From NCBI GenBank assembly GCA_027592925.1, contig JAQCJO010000002.1, forward strand, positions 5,617-69,616: a DNA stretch of 64,000 bases, in the 5' to 3' direction. The stretch is from Actinomycetota bacterium. Its GTDB lineage: Bacteria > Actinomycetota > Acidimicrobiia > Acidimicrobiales > Ilumatobacteraceae. Below, piece after piece: positions 8,994 to 18,670 of this stretch. The notes under the pieces are model-generated. The model was not told the DNA's origin and made no database searches. It saw only the letters and a program-made list of their open reading frames with translations. The position numbers were made by a program, and so were the translations under genes. The stretch's first letter is position 1, and each line of letters starts with the position of its first letter.

Positions 8994-10175
8994 CTAGTTG
9001 CCCGGTGAATGCAGGCCAAAAATTACTTCGGGATCTTGGGGATCCCACGTATTTAAAAACTGTGACTTGGCTCCCACCCTACGTGTTCGTGCAAGCAAGT
9101 TTTGGGCAAGTGCGAGTTGAGAATCTTGATACGCCTCAAGTGCAAGCGGTACCGAATCATATTTTTCAAGTGACTCGGCGAGCGCCCAACCGTCAGCGGC
9201 AGCCTTAGCGGTTCCTGCTGCAGCATGCGGGCGGACCACCATGGCAGCATCACCGAGAAGGCAGATGCGACCAAATGCCATACGACTTATCTCGACATCA
9301 TAGATCACTTGCACAAAAGGCTCGGCGGTTGCCTGCACGATATCGCTCAACACTGTAGGCAAGTTTGCCTGTGCCATTGCCTTCATGCTCGCAACATTAG
9401 ATTCCGTGACCAAACCGAGTGGGACCGAGACCTCCCGTAACAAACCATTTTTGTCAGTCAACAGCGTGGTCAATTCTTGACCCACTTCATAATTGCAGTA
9501 CCACACAAAATTTATTAATCGATCTCCTTCAGTTACGCGACCATCGTGATCTGGAATTGGGTATACCAAAATATGTGAATGTGGATAAACGAAATAGGTA
9601 ATTGCATCACTCAACTGCTGGCACACAGAAGCAGGCAAGGTGGACTCTCTCACCATGCCACGCCACGCTACATACCCCGCATAAACCGATTTGCTAGATG
9701 GTATAAGTGTGTTGCGCGCCATTGAACCAATACCATCTGCAGCAACCAACAATTGAGACTCGACCGAATGACCGTTGACAAAATTGAGCGAAACCGAATC
9801 AGGTGTTTGGCTGAAATTTTTCATCTCAAAATCAAGGTGGTAATTGGATGTACCAAAATGATCCAGCGTTGATGCGTACACAGTGTTCCACGAACTAAAC
9901 AAATAGTTGTGCGATTCATCGTGCACCACATTGCCCAGTGCGTCTAAATATCGGATGTGGCTCGTGGGTACCGAGATTTTGGCAAGATCAATTCCTGCAC
10001 GTTCATGCAGATAGCGGTACGTGGCGGGCAAGAAACCAATTCCTGCACCCCGCTGTTCGAGGCGCACTGGTGAGCGCTCAAACACCGCCACCTCGTGACC
10101 CGCATCGCGCAACAAACATGCAGCAGTGAGTCCGCCCAACGACCCTCCCACAATCGAAATATTCATTGCCTTCAC
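8994..10175 (-). CDS. FAD-dependent aromatic-ring monooxygenase (2,6-dihydroxypyridine hydroxylase-like)
   Basis: Dinucleotide fold IVGGSLGGLTAA...VAVFER, plus LLGDAAMVVRPHAAAGTAKA. Confidence 0.85.
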   Translation of the reverse strand: MKAMNISIVGGSLGGLTAACLLRDAGHEVAVFERSPVRLEQRGAGIGFLPATYRYLHERAGIDLAKISVPTSHIRYLDALGNVVHDESHNYLFSSWNTVYASTLDHFGTSNYHLDFEMKNFSQTPDSVSLNFVNGHSVESQLLVAADGIGSMARNTLIPSSKSVYAGYVAWRGMVRESTLPASVCQQLSDAITYFVYPHSHILVYPIPDHDGRVTEGDRLINFVWYCNYEVGQELTTLLTDKNGLLREVSVPLGLVTESNVASMKAMAQANLPTVLSDIVQATAEPFVQVIYDVEISRMAFGRICLLGDAAMVVRPHAAAGTAKAAADGWALAESLEKYDSVPLALEAYQDSQLALAQNLLARTRRVGAKSQFLNTWDPQDPEVIFGLHSPGN

Positions 10176-10293
10176 CCTAAAACATTGGGGTACAGGCTTG
10201 AGTTGTTGGGCTTTAATCTCCCAATTACAGGTTCATGGATCCAATTTTCTACACTTTCGATAGTTGGTGTAACAAACAAAACAAGGGGGAATT

Positions 10294-10818
10294 GTGGGAT
10301 TTAAGTTGGCGAAGTTTCGAGATGTGGCAAACGGTACTCAGGCTGGGCAATTCGCAATTGGAGAGCGCACCACAGTGAACTCGATCTCAGATCTCGATCC
10401 GAAATACAAAATGCTCATGGATCAACCTTTTGCATGCGTGATGGCAGTGATGGGCTCGGACGGTCGTCCAAACTTGACCACCATGTGGTTTGACTACGAA
10501 GGCGACAAGGTCTTGATCAACGTTGCTGCTCAACGGACCAAGACAAAATGGATTCGTAAAACGCCAACAATCACCATCTTGATTCTGAATCCAGGAAATA
10601 TGTATCACTGGATGAGTTTGAAGGTAACCGTCGAGCGAGAAGTTTCGGAGGACGATGCCAAAGAAGGTGCTTGGGTAACCGAACACGTCAACCGCATCTG
10701 GAAAAAGTACGTCGGTCAGGGTGAAGAATACGGGCTACGAGATCCTTCTATTGATGAGCGCCGCGTATTGTTCGAGTGCCGGGTAGACAGCATTGCCACC
10801 TTTGGAGATCCCGGCTGA
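10294..10818 (+). CDS. PPOX-class (pyridoxamine 5'-phosphate oxidase-like) probable F420-dependent enzyme
   Basis: MDQPFACVMAVMGSDGRPNLTTMWFDYEGDKVLINVAAQRTKTKWIRK fits the split-barrel flavin/deazaflavin family. An SD-like AAGGGGGA precedes the GTG start. Confidence 0.72.
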   Translation: MGFKLAKFRDVANGTQAGQFAIGERTTVNSISDLDPKYKMLMDQPFACVMAVMGSDGRPNLTTMWFDYEGDKVLINVAAQRTKTKWIRKTPTITILILNPGNMYHWMSLKVTVEREVSEDDAKEGAWVTEHVNRIWKKYVGQGEEYGLRDPSIDERRVLFECRVDSIATFGDPG

Positions 10819-10827
10819 GCACGTCAC

Positions 10828-13800
10828 CTACCAAGGGGCAAAAGTTTGCTCCATCAGATCTGCAACCTCTTGATCATGGATCGCCTTTGATCCAGTTGCA
10901 GGACTACCCGACTCAACACGGGCAACGTGGCGCCAGTCGTAACCCTCATTCTTGAGCGGCCAAACCAAGTGATCAACAAATCTCCAAGCACCCATGTTTT
11001 CTGGCTCTTCTTGCAACCACAACAACTCTTTAGCGTTGGGATACTGCTTCAACACTTCGTGTACGCCATTGATTGGAAACGGATACAACTGTTCAATCCG
11101 AACCACTGCAACATTTGCTGCGCGCTTATCCCGTTCGGTCATTGCGTCCCACGCCACTTTGCCCGTGCACAGCATAACACGTGTCACTTTCGACTTATCA
11201 ATACCGGACGGATCGTCCAAGATCTCTTCAAAACTGCCCGTTGTTAATTGATCAATCATTGATCGACTTTGCTTCATGCGCAATGGTTGCTTCGGTGTCA
11301 TCGCCACAAGCGGTTTGCGCACTTCTCGCAAAACTTGTCGACGCAGCATGTGAAAGTACTGTGCGGCCGTGGTTGGGCAACACACCTGAATGTTGTCTTC
11401 GGCACACTGCTGCAAGAAGCGCTCAAGACGCGCCGACGAATGCTCTGGGCCTTGGCCCTCGAATCCGTGTGGAAGCAGCATCACCAAACTGTTCTGTTGA
11501 CCCCACTTATCTTCTGCCGCAACGATGTATTGGTCAATCACTACTTGAGCGCCGTTGACAAAGTCGCCAAACTGCGCTTCCCACATGACAAGCGCGTTGG
11601 TATTTCCATGCGCGTACCCGTACTCAAAACCAAGTGCTGCATACTCGCTCAACAGCGAGTCGTACACCCAAAAACGCGCTTTGGCATTTGGCAACGTGTT
11701 GAGCGGCACCCAACGTGTTTCGTTGTTGTTGTCAATGAGCGTTGAGTGACGCTGACTAAACGTGCCCCGGCGCGAGTCTTCGCCCACCAACCGAACAGGA
11801 ATGCCCTGCACGACGAGCGAGCCAATTGCAAGAGCCTCGCCAGTAGCCCAGTCAACATCGTGTTGCGTCGCATAGTGTTTGGCACGCAATTCAAACTGCT
11901 TGACCAACTTTGGATGCGGAGCAAAACCTTGCGGGTACTCGGTGAGGTGATGGAAAATACCGTCCAGCACTGTGCGTCCAACGCCAGTTGCAACATGGGG
12001 CACCACACCAATTGGTTCTGGTGGTCGTGGAACCCGAATTGGTTCCGGTGCTGCTGCACGTGCTGCATCTAATGCGCTTTGCAACTTGGTCTGATAATCG
12101 GCAAGCGCCTGCTCGGCTTCATCAAGCGTGATATCGCCACGCTTCACAAGAGTTTCTACGTACAACTTGCGCACACTGCGACGTTCTGCGATTGCTTTGT
12201 ACATCAATGGCTGTGTATAGCTCGGGTCGTCGCCTTCGTTGTGGCCGTGGCGGCGGTAACACACCAAATCGATCACAACATCTTTGTGAAACTTCTGACG
12301 ATATTCAAAAGCAAGTTTTGCTACTCGCACACATGCTTCTGGGTCATCACCATTGACATGGAAAATTGGGGCTTGCACCGTTTTAGCGACATCGCTTGGA
12401 TACTGCGAAGATCGCGCATACTGCGGTGAAGTGGTAAAGCCGATTTGGTTGTTGACAATGAGATGCACTGTGCCACCAACTCGGTAGCCACTGGTGTCGC
12501 TCATTGCTAAACACTCGGCAACAACACCCTGACCAGCAAACGCCGCGTCTCCGTGAATAAGCAGTGGCAACACGCTGTAAGCAAGCGGTGGATCGATGCG
12601 ATCTTGAGCGGCACGGACCATTCCAAGCACGATCGAGTCGACCGTTTCGAGATGGCTTGGGTTTGCAGACAACTCGAGCGGCAGAGTTGCACCCGATGGA
12701 GACACGAAAGTGCCGGTTGCACCGAGGTGATATTTGACGTCGCCAGAACCTTGCACGGACGAAGGATCGATGTAGTCCTCAAACTCGTCGAACAACTCTT
12801 GATAGCTCTTGCCAATCACGTTGGTCAACACATTGAGACGACCACGATGCATCATGCCGATCACTGCTCCATCCAGTTTTGCATCGGCAGCGCCCGACAA
12901 AATTGCATCAAGAATTGGAATTGCAGATTCTGCACCTTCCAAACCAAACCGCTTGGCACCTACGTACTTCGTTGCCAAAAATCGCTCGAGTGACTCTGCT
13001 GCATTAAGTCGCTCAAGAACTCTGCGCTTATCGACCTTGGTGTGACCGCGAATTTCGCCTTCCATCCGCTCCTGAATCCACCGTTGCTCCTCGGTGTTCT
13101 GAATGTGCATGTACTCGACGCCGATAGTGCGGCAGTATGCATCACGCAATACACCCAACAAATCTCCAAGTGTCGACTTGCGCACGCCACCAACTCCACC
13201 TGTTAAAAATTCGCGATCCAGATCCCAAATTGTTAGGCCATACGTTGCAGGGTCGAGTTCGCGCGGCATTACTGGTTCTTGCCAACGCAATGGATCAAGG
13301 TCTGCAATTAAGTGTCCGCGCACGCGGTGCACACGAATGAGGGTCGCTATCTGCATTTGCTTGTCGAGCATCGCGTCTTCACTGTCGATGAGATGTGAAT
13401 CTTGATGCCATTCAACAGATTGATATGGTACGCCGAGACTACGGAATACATCGGTGTAAAAGTTGTGTTCACCGATCAGCAATTCGTGTAAGTACTTGAG
13501 GAACATGCCGCTCTCGGCGCCTTGGATGATGCGATGGTCGTATGTGCTCGTGACGGTGACAACTTTTGAAATACCAAGTCGCACGATGGTGCGTTCGTCC
13601 GAACCCTGAAACTCTGCTGGATAATCAATTGAGCCAACACCCACGATGACACCCTGACCAGGCATGAGTCGTGGCACCGACTGCACGGTGCCAATTGTGC
13701 CTGGGTTAGTAAGGCTGACGTTCGCTCCTGCGTAATCATCGGCCGTCAATTTGTTGGCGCGAACTTTGCGAATGATGTCGTCATATGCAAACAAAAAACC

Positions 13801-14493
13801 AGCAAAGTCAAGCGTGTCGGCATGGCGAAGCACTGGCACTACTAACGAACGCTGACCATTGCCCTTGTCGACATCGACAGCAAGACCGATGTTGACGTGC
13901 GAGCGCTTTTGCAATTGAGCTTTACCATCCGCATCGACTGCAAATGAATTCTTCATGTTTGGCACTGAGTCGGCAATTGCCCGCACAACCGCGTAACCAA
14001 TGAGATGCGTGAAACTGACTTTGCCCTGCCCTGTGCGCCCGCGATAGTTATTGATGACCTTGCGGTTCACCTCAAGCAACTTGGCTGGCACATTGCGAAA
14101 ACTCGTTGCAGTTGGTACCAACAAACTGCGCTCCATATTGGTTGCAATTGCGGCGGGCACTCCGCGCAATGGCTCTGGTGCGGGGTCGGCCAAAATTTCG
14201 ACAGGTGCGAGCGTGCGCGGTGCTGGTGGCTCTACCCCAAGCGATGTTGCGACTGCTTTGGCAGGTTTAGCTATTTGTCCGTCTACATCTTCTGGTGGCA
14301 ACAACAATGGTCGCAATATTTCGGCTGTATTGTCGACCCGGGGAGCACCTGCTGGACGAAAATCGCTAAAAAACTCTTGCCACGTTGCGCCCACAGACGC
14401 TGGGTCATTGCGGTATTGCTCAAACATCTCTTCGACAAGCCAAGAGTTGGCGCCAAATTCCTCGGGGTGAGAGCCTTCACGCATCGACTTCAT
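10828..14493 (-). CDS. kgd: multifunctional 2-oxoglutarate dehydrogenase E1 / decarboxylase with fused E2-like acyltransferase domain (actinobacterial OdhA/Kgd type)
   Basis: The protein is 1221 aa. It has N-terminal FGANSWLVEEMFEQYRNDP, the E2-like catalytic TSTYDHRIIQGAESG, and the ThDP region HGDAAFAGQGVV. Homology runs the full length of the E1 component. Confidence 0.95.
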   Translation of the reverse strand: MKSMREGSHPEEFGANSWLVEEMFEQYRNDPASVGATWQEFFSDFRPAGAPRVDNTAEILRPLLLPPEDVDGQIAKPAKAVATSLGVEPPAPRTLAPVEILADPAPEPLRGVPAAIATNMERSLLVPTATSFRNVPAKLLEVNRKVINNYRGRTGQGKVSFTHLIGYAVVRAIADSVPNMKNSFAVDADGKAQLQKRSHVNIGLAVDVDKGNGQRSLVVPVLRHADTLDFAGFLFAYDDIIRKVRANKLTADDYAGANVSLTNPGTIGTVQSVPRLMPGQGVIVGVGSIDYPAEFQGSDERTIVRLGISKVVTVTSTYDHRIIQGAESGMFLKYLHELLIGEHNFYTDVFRSLGVPYQSVEWHQDSHLIDSEDAMLDKQMQIATLIRVHRVRGHLIADLDPLRWQEPVMPRELDPATYGLTIWDLDREFLTGGVGGVRKSTLGDLLGVLRDAYCRTIGVEYMHIQNTEEQRWIQERMEGEIRGHTKVDKRRVLERLNAAESLERFLATKYVGAKRFGLEGAESAIPILDAILSGAADAKLDGAVIGMMHRGRLNVLTNVIGKSYQELFDEFEDYIDPSSVQGSGDVKYHLGATGTFVSPSGATLPLELSANPSHLETVDSIVLGMVRAAQDRIDPPLAYSVLPLLIHGDAAFAGQGVVAECLAMSDTSGYRVGGTVHLIVNNQIGFTTSPQYARSSQYPSDVAKTVQAPIFHVNGDDPEACVRVAKLAFEYRQKFHKDVVIDLVCYRRHGHNEGDDPSYTQPLMYKAIAERRSVRKLYVETLVKRGDITLDEAEQALADYQTKLQSALDAARAAAPEPIRVPRPPEPIGVVPHVATGVGRTVLDGIFHHLTEYPQGFAPHPKLVKQFELRAKHYATQHDVDWATGEALAIGSLVVQGIPVRLVGEDSRRGTFSQRHSTLIDNNNETRWVPLNTLPNAKARFWVYDSLLSEYAALGFEYGYAHGNTNALVMWEAQFGDFVNGAQVVIDQYIVAAEDKWGQQNSLVMLLPHGFEGQGPEHSSARLERFLQQCAEDNIQVCCPTTAAQYFHMLRRQVLREVRKPLVAMTPKQPLRMKQSRSMIDQLTTGSFEEILDDPSGIDKSKVTRVMLCTGKVAWDAMTERDKRAANVAVVRIEQLYPFPINGVHEVLKQYPNAKELLWLQEEPENMGAWRFVDHLVWPLKNEGYDWRHVARVESGSPATGSKAIHDQEVADLMEQTFAPW

Positions 14494-14603
14494 TCTACTC
14501 GCAGACGCTTGTACGACATGGAGCTACACCGTGTGACCAAGTACCCCCTGATCCCACGAACGACTTACTCAATGCATGATCTCTGTACGGTTACGCTCAA
14601 GTC

Positions 14604-14996
14604 ATGACACGATTTACACGAAGTTCACTTGGACTTATTTCTGCCCTGACTGCGGTCGGCCTTCTTGGCGCCTGCTCAAGTTCGTCATCTTCACCAGCAC
14701 AAACATTGCCCGCGTCGATTGACCTTGAGGTCCGTGCGGTCTCGGGACTGAAGTTTGATCAGACAAATTATTCTGCTGCAGCCGGAGAAATTTCAGTTGG
14801 CTATGTCAACGAGGACAGCATCCGACACAACATTGTAGTGGTGCAGGATGAGACAATGATTTCTGGCTTCGAGCTACAAGTAAATAAAAATGGAGACATT
14901 GACAGCGGGTCAGTAACCCTGGAGGCTGGAACCTACTTGTTATTGTGCACGGTGCCCGGCCATCAAAGTATGAAGGCCGAGCTCACCGTCAGCTAG
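14604..14996 (+). CDS. cupredoxin (plastocyanin/azurin-like type-1 copper) lipoprotein
   Basis: Signal peptide with lipobox LLGAC. Copper ligand pattern is IRHN ... CTVPGHQSM (His, Cys-x4-His-x2-Met). Confidence 0.8.
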   Translation: MTRFTRSSLGLISALTAVGLLGACSSSSSSPAQTLPASIDLEVRAVSGLKFDQTNYSAAAGEISVGYVNEDSIRHNIVVVQDETMISGFELQVNKNGDIDSGSVTLEAGTYLLLCTVPGHQSMKAELTVS

Positions 14997-15001
14997 AAAA
15001 C

Positions 15002-15763
15002 TTATCTTCCGAGCAATACTTCGGAAAGAATCCACAGCACAAGGAACAACACGCCGGAACTGATCAATGCGTTCTTATGGCTCTCGAACATCCAAAGCAT
15101 CTTGTTGCCTGCCTTGATGCCGCCGAATATGCCAATCGCGTTGAGCTGAATCAATGCGGTGATCACGAGTGCAACAATGAAAAACAATTGTGCATTGCTG
15201 CTGGATGCATCGCCAAAGGCACTGTTATAAAAGTGGGCAGACCCAACCATGAAAAACAACATACTGACCGAGAAGATCACGTTTGCGCGTGAGGCCAACA
15301 GGGCTTTGCGTCCAGCAGTTGGAGCATCGGCATTTGCTTCGCCGCCACCCAACACATTGACCACATTTGCCAAGACGACTTTTTGGTTTTTCCAAATAAT
15401 CATCCAGACATTGGCGGCCATCAGAGTGGCGATGACCATGCCTACCGAGATAGCAACATCGTGACCATTGCCGGCGGCAGAATCGTTGAGGAAATTGACC
15501 CAATAACCCTTTTGACCTGTGATCAAAAGACCAGTCGCGAGAGTTGCGAGTGCGGCGTAACGAAACCACCACAGGGCGCGACGTGCGATCTTGTCAATCG
15601 TGATATTGCGAGCCTTGCCCTCATCGCCGTACGCAGCCAAACCTGGTACCTGCACCAAGTTGAAGTAGTACAGCAAACCGATCCAAGCGATGCCGACGAG
15701 AATGTGCAGCCAACGGAAGCCCATGTTGTAGAGATAGTCCTGCGATAAAAGTTCCATGTTCAA
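15002..15763 (-). CDS. polytopic membrane protein, urate-hydroxylase PuuD N-terminal-domain-like
   Basis: About six hydrophobic segments. N-terminal WLHILVGIAWIGLLYYFNLVQVP resembles the membrane domain of PuuD-type proteins from memory. The family call is tentative. Confidence 0.5.
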   Translation of the reverse strand: MNMELLSQDYLYNMGFRWLHILVGIAWIGLLYYFNLVQVPGLAAYGDEGKARNITIDKIARRALWWFRYAALATLATGLLITGQKGYWVNFLNDSAAGNGHDVAISVGMVIATLMAANVWMIIWKNQKVVLANVVNVLGGGEANADAPTAGRKALLASRANVIFSVSMLFFMVGSAHFYNSAFGDASSSNAQLFFIVALVITALIQLNAIGIFGGIKAGNKMLWMFESHKNALISSGVLFLVLWILSEVLLGR

Positions 15764-15850
15764 TAATCCCCTTTGAGGTGTGTCTGTAAACGGAAATACT
15801 CTCCTCCGCTTGTTTTCTAAACTAGCACTGCCCCACAGTCCAGTGTTGCC

Positions 15851-15867
15851 ACTAGTTTGTAGGCGTC
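15851..15867 (+). promoter_or_regulatory. conserved ACTAGTTTGT-RR-GCGT element (putative -10 TAGTTT) directly upstream of ettA
   Basis: actagtttgtaggcgtc|ATG here compares with actagtttgtgagcgtg at 42184-42200 upstream of lysS, matching at 14 of 16 positions. TAGTTT fits the actinobacterial TANNNT -10 and implies a near-leaderless mRNA. Confidence 0.35.
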
Positions 15868-17544
15868 ATGGCTGCTGAATTTATATACACCTGTTACAAA
15901 CTGGCCCGGTTTTATCCCCCAGATCGCACGGTGCTCGAGGACATTTCGCTGTCTTTTTACCCTGGTGCAAAGATCGGCGTCATCGGATCAAACGGCAGCG
16001 GCAAGTCGAGCCTGCTGCGGATCATGGCCGGCACCGATGACGGCTACACGGGCGAAGCACGACTCACCCCAGGTTTTAGCGTTGGGATTCTCGAACAAGA
16101 ACCAAAACTTGATCCAGCCAAAGATGTGCTTGGCAATGTGATGGATGGCGTTGCACCAATTCGCGACTTGCTCACACGCTACGAAGAAGTGACTGCAATG
16201 TGGGGCGAGCCAGATGCCGACTTTGACAAGGTCGGCGCACTGCAGGCCGACTTAGAAGCAAAAATTCAGGCAGCCGATGCATGGGCTCTCGAGCGCAATG
16301 TTGAGATTGCAATGGATGCACTGCGGTGCCCACCCAATGATGCCGATGTGACCAAACTTTCTGGTGGAGAACGACGGCGAGTCGCGCTTTGCCGTTTGTT
16401 GCTGAGCCGCCCAGACTTGCTGCTCTTAGACGAACCAACCAACCACTTGGACGCGGAAAGCGTTGACTGGCTCGAGCGCTTCTTGCAGGAATATCCAGGC
16501 ACTGTTGTGGCCATCACCCACGACCGCTACTTCCTCGACAACGTGGCCAAATGGATCTTGGAATTAGACCGCGGACGCGGCATTCCATTTTCCGGCAACT
16601 ACACCGGTTGGCTTGAGCAAAAACAAGAGCGTCTTGGTCGCGAAGAAAAATCTAACGACGCACGCAAGCGCACATTGCAACGCGAACTCGAGTGGGTTCG
16701 CATGTCATCAAAGGCTCGCCAGTCAAAAGGTAAAGCACGTCTTTCCGCATATGACAAGTTGCATGCCGAGGCTCAGGCTGCCGACTCTGGCCCGGACAGA
16801 CTCGAGATCGCAATTCCTGCAGGTCCACGCCTGGGTGGCACTGTCATCGAAGTGAAAGATCTGAGCAAAGGTTTTGGCGATCGCCTGTTGATTGAGAGTC
16901 TTTCGTTCTCACTTCCACCTGCCGGCATCGTTGGCATCATCGGACCAAACGGTGCGGGTAAAACAACACTGTTTAACATGTTGAGCGGTCAAGAGGCCCC
17001 AGACTCTGGCACCATCACTATTGGCGACACCGTGCAGATGAGCTATGTCGATCAAAGCCGCGACACGCTCAACGCAGACGCATCGGTGTATGAAGAGATC
17101 ACTGACTCGGCCGAAACACTCAAAGTTGGTGGACGCGAGATTCACGGACGCGCATATGTTGCGAGTTTTAACTTCAAGGGCTCTGACCAACAAAAGCGCG
17201 TTGGCGACTTGTCGGGTGGCGAGCGCAATCGCGTGCACTTGGCAAAAATGCTCAAGAAGGCTGGCAACCTACTGTTGCTCGACGAACCTACTAACGATCT
17301 GGACGTTGACACTCTGCGCGCGCTCGAAACATCGCTTGAGGCATTCCCCGGTTGCGTTGTGGTGATCTCCCACGATCGCTGGTTTCTCGACCGCATTGCA
17401 ACACACGTCTTGGCATTTGAGGGCGACAGCCAAGTGCGTTGGTTCGAAGGCAACTTCACCGACTACGAGGCATGGCGCAAAAAAGAGTTGGGCGGTCTAG
17501 CCGATCAACCTCGGCGCATTAAGTACAAGCCGCTTTCGCGATAA
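15868..17544 (+). CDS. ettA: energy-dependent translational throttle protein EttA (ABC-F ATPase)
   Basis: Two ABC cassettes (GSNGSGKSS / LSGGERRRVAL and GPNGAGKTT / LSGGERNRVHL). The N-terminus MAAEFIYTCYKLARFYPP is colinear with E. coli EttA. Confidence 0.95.
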   Translation: MAAEFIYTCYKLARFYPPDRTVLEDISLSFYPGAKIGVIGSNGSGKSSLLRIMAGTDDGYTGEARLTPGFSVGILEQEPKLDPAKDVLGNVMDGVAPIRDLLTRYEEVTAMWGEPDADFDKVGALQADLEAKIQAADAWALERNVEIAMDALRCPPNDADVTKLSGGERRRVALCRLLLSRPDLLLLDEPTNHLDAESVDWLERFLQEYPGTVVAITHDRYFLDNVAKWILELDRGRGIPFSGNYTGWLEQKQERLGREEKSNDARKRTLQRELEWVRMSSKARQSKGKARLSAYDKLHAEAQAADSGPDRLEIAIPAGPRLGGTVIEVKDLSKGFGDRLLIESLSFSLPPAGIVGIIGPNGAGKTTLFNMLSGQEAPDSGTITIGDTVQMSYVDQSRDTLNADASVYEEITDSAETLKVGGREIHGRAYVASFNFKGSDQQKRVGDLSGGERNRVHLAKMLKKAGNLLLLDEPTNDLDVDTLRALETSLEAFPGCVVVISHDRWFLDRIATHVLAFEGDSQVRWFEGNFTDYEAWRKKELGGLADQPRRIKYKPLSR

Positions 17545-17564
17545 CGCAATACGATACAAACAGT

Positions 17565-17882
17565 ATGAACACAGCCCTGAAGCGCATCCGCATCGTGTGT
17601 GCTGCTGTCTTCGTAGCGGGTATTGGCGGCATCATCGCCACGAGCATTGTCTCTAATAACAACGGGGGCATCATCACTATTGGTCTTGTCACTTCTATCG
17701 CTGCAGTCGTGCTCCTCACCGCATCCACTATCGCAACCAACAAGCGCATCGATGCTTTTGACGAAGTGGCAGCCGAACAACTCGAGCGCCAAGTTGCCGC
17801 ACTCGTTACATCTGGAGCAAACGAAGATGCAGTACGTGAAGCAATTCGTGCAGCGATCGATCTTGGGCGCAGTATTTCGTGA
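17565..17882 (+). CDS. small membrane protein, function unknown
   Basis: 105 aa with two hydrophobic helices (IVCAAVFVAGIGGIIATSIV, IITIGLVTSIAAVVLLTAS) and an amphipathic tail. Its stop overlaps the cysQ start (GTGA). Confidence 0.5.
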   Translation: MNTALKRIRIVCAAVFVAGIGGIIATSIVSNNNGGIITIGLVTSIAAVVLLTASTIATNKRIDAFDEVAAEQLERQVAALVTSGANEDAVREAIRAAIDLGRSIS

Positions 17883-18670
17883 AGTTCGACGATCACGAAC
17901 TTGCACATTATTTAGCAGAAGAAACGGGCAAACGCCTGCTTGCGGTGCGCGAACGCCTGTACAACGACGGTGCATCTACGTGGTTGGCCAAAGATGTTGG
18001 TGATGCTGCTGCACAACGGTTTTTAGATGAAGCTTTTGCCGAGCACCGACCAGATGACGCAATTCTTTCCGAAGAGGCAGCCGACGATTCCGATCGATTA
18101 ACCGCAGATCGTGTGTGGATCATTGACCCACTCGATGGCACACAGGAATATTCGGAGTTTGAGCGAGCAGATTGGGCCGTGCACATCGCACTGTGGGAGC
18201 GCAAAGATGCAAGTGGTGCTCCATCTAATGAAGGCATGCTTACAGCAGGTGCAGTTGCGCTTCCCGCTTTCGGCATGGTGCTCTCGACAGGTACACCGCC
18301 TCTAACACCACCTCGACATGAAGGCAAGCCCCGACTTGTTGTCTCACGAAATCGCGCTACCGATGCTGCAATCATCGTGGCCCAAGCCCTCGATTGCGAA
18401 GTTGCACGTCTTGGTTCGGCCGGCGCAAAGGCAATGGCTGTGGTGCTTGGAGAAACTGACATTTATGTGCACGAGGGTGGCATGCACCAGTGGGACTCTG
18501 CTGCGCCAATGGTTGTTGCCCAAGCAGCAGGACTTTTTACAAGCCGCATCGATGGAACTCCGCTTATCTACAACTCGCGTGACACTTGGCTCCCCGACTT
18601 CATCGTCTGCCAACAATATTTGGCACAACAAGTTGTAGACGCGCTTCGCGCGGGCAGAATTGTGTGGTGA
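17879..18670 (+). CDS. cysQ: 3'(2'),5'-bisphosphate nucleotidase CysQ / inositol monophosphatase family
   Basis: IMPase motifs WIIDPLDGTQEY and RLGSAGAKAMAV are present. Confidence 0.8.
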   Translation: MKFDDHELAHYLAEETGKRLLAVRERLYNDGASTWLAKDVGDAAAQRFLDEAFAEHRPDDAILSEEAADDSDRLTADRVWIIDPLDGTQEYSEFERADWAVHIALWERKDASGAPSNEGMLTAGAVALPAFGMVLSTGTPPLTPPRHEGKPRLVVSRNRATDAAIIVAQALDCEVARLGSAGAKAMAVVLGETDIYVHEGGMHQWDSAAPMVVAQAAGLFTSRIDGTPLIYNSRDTWLPDFIVCQQYLAQQVVDALRAGRIVW

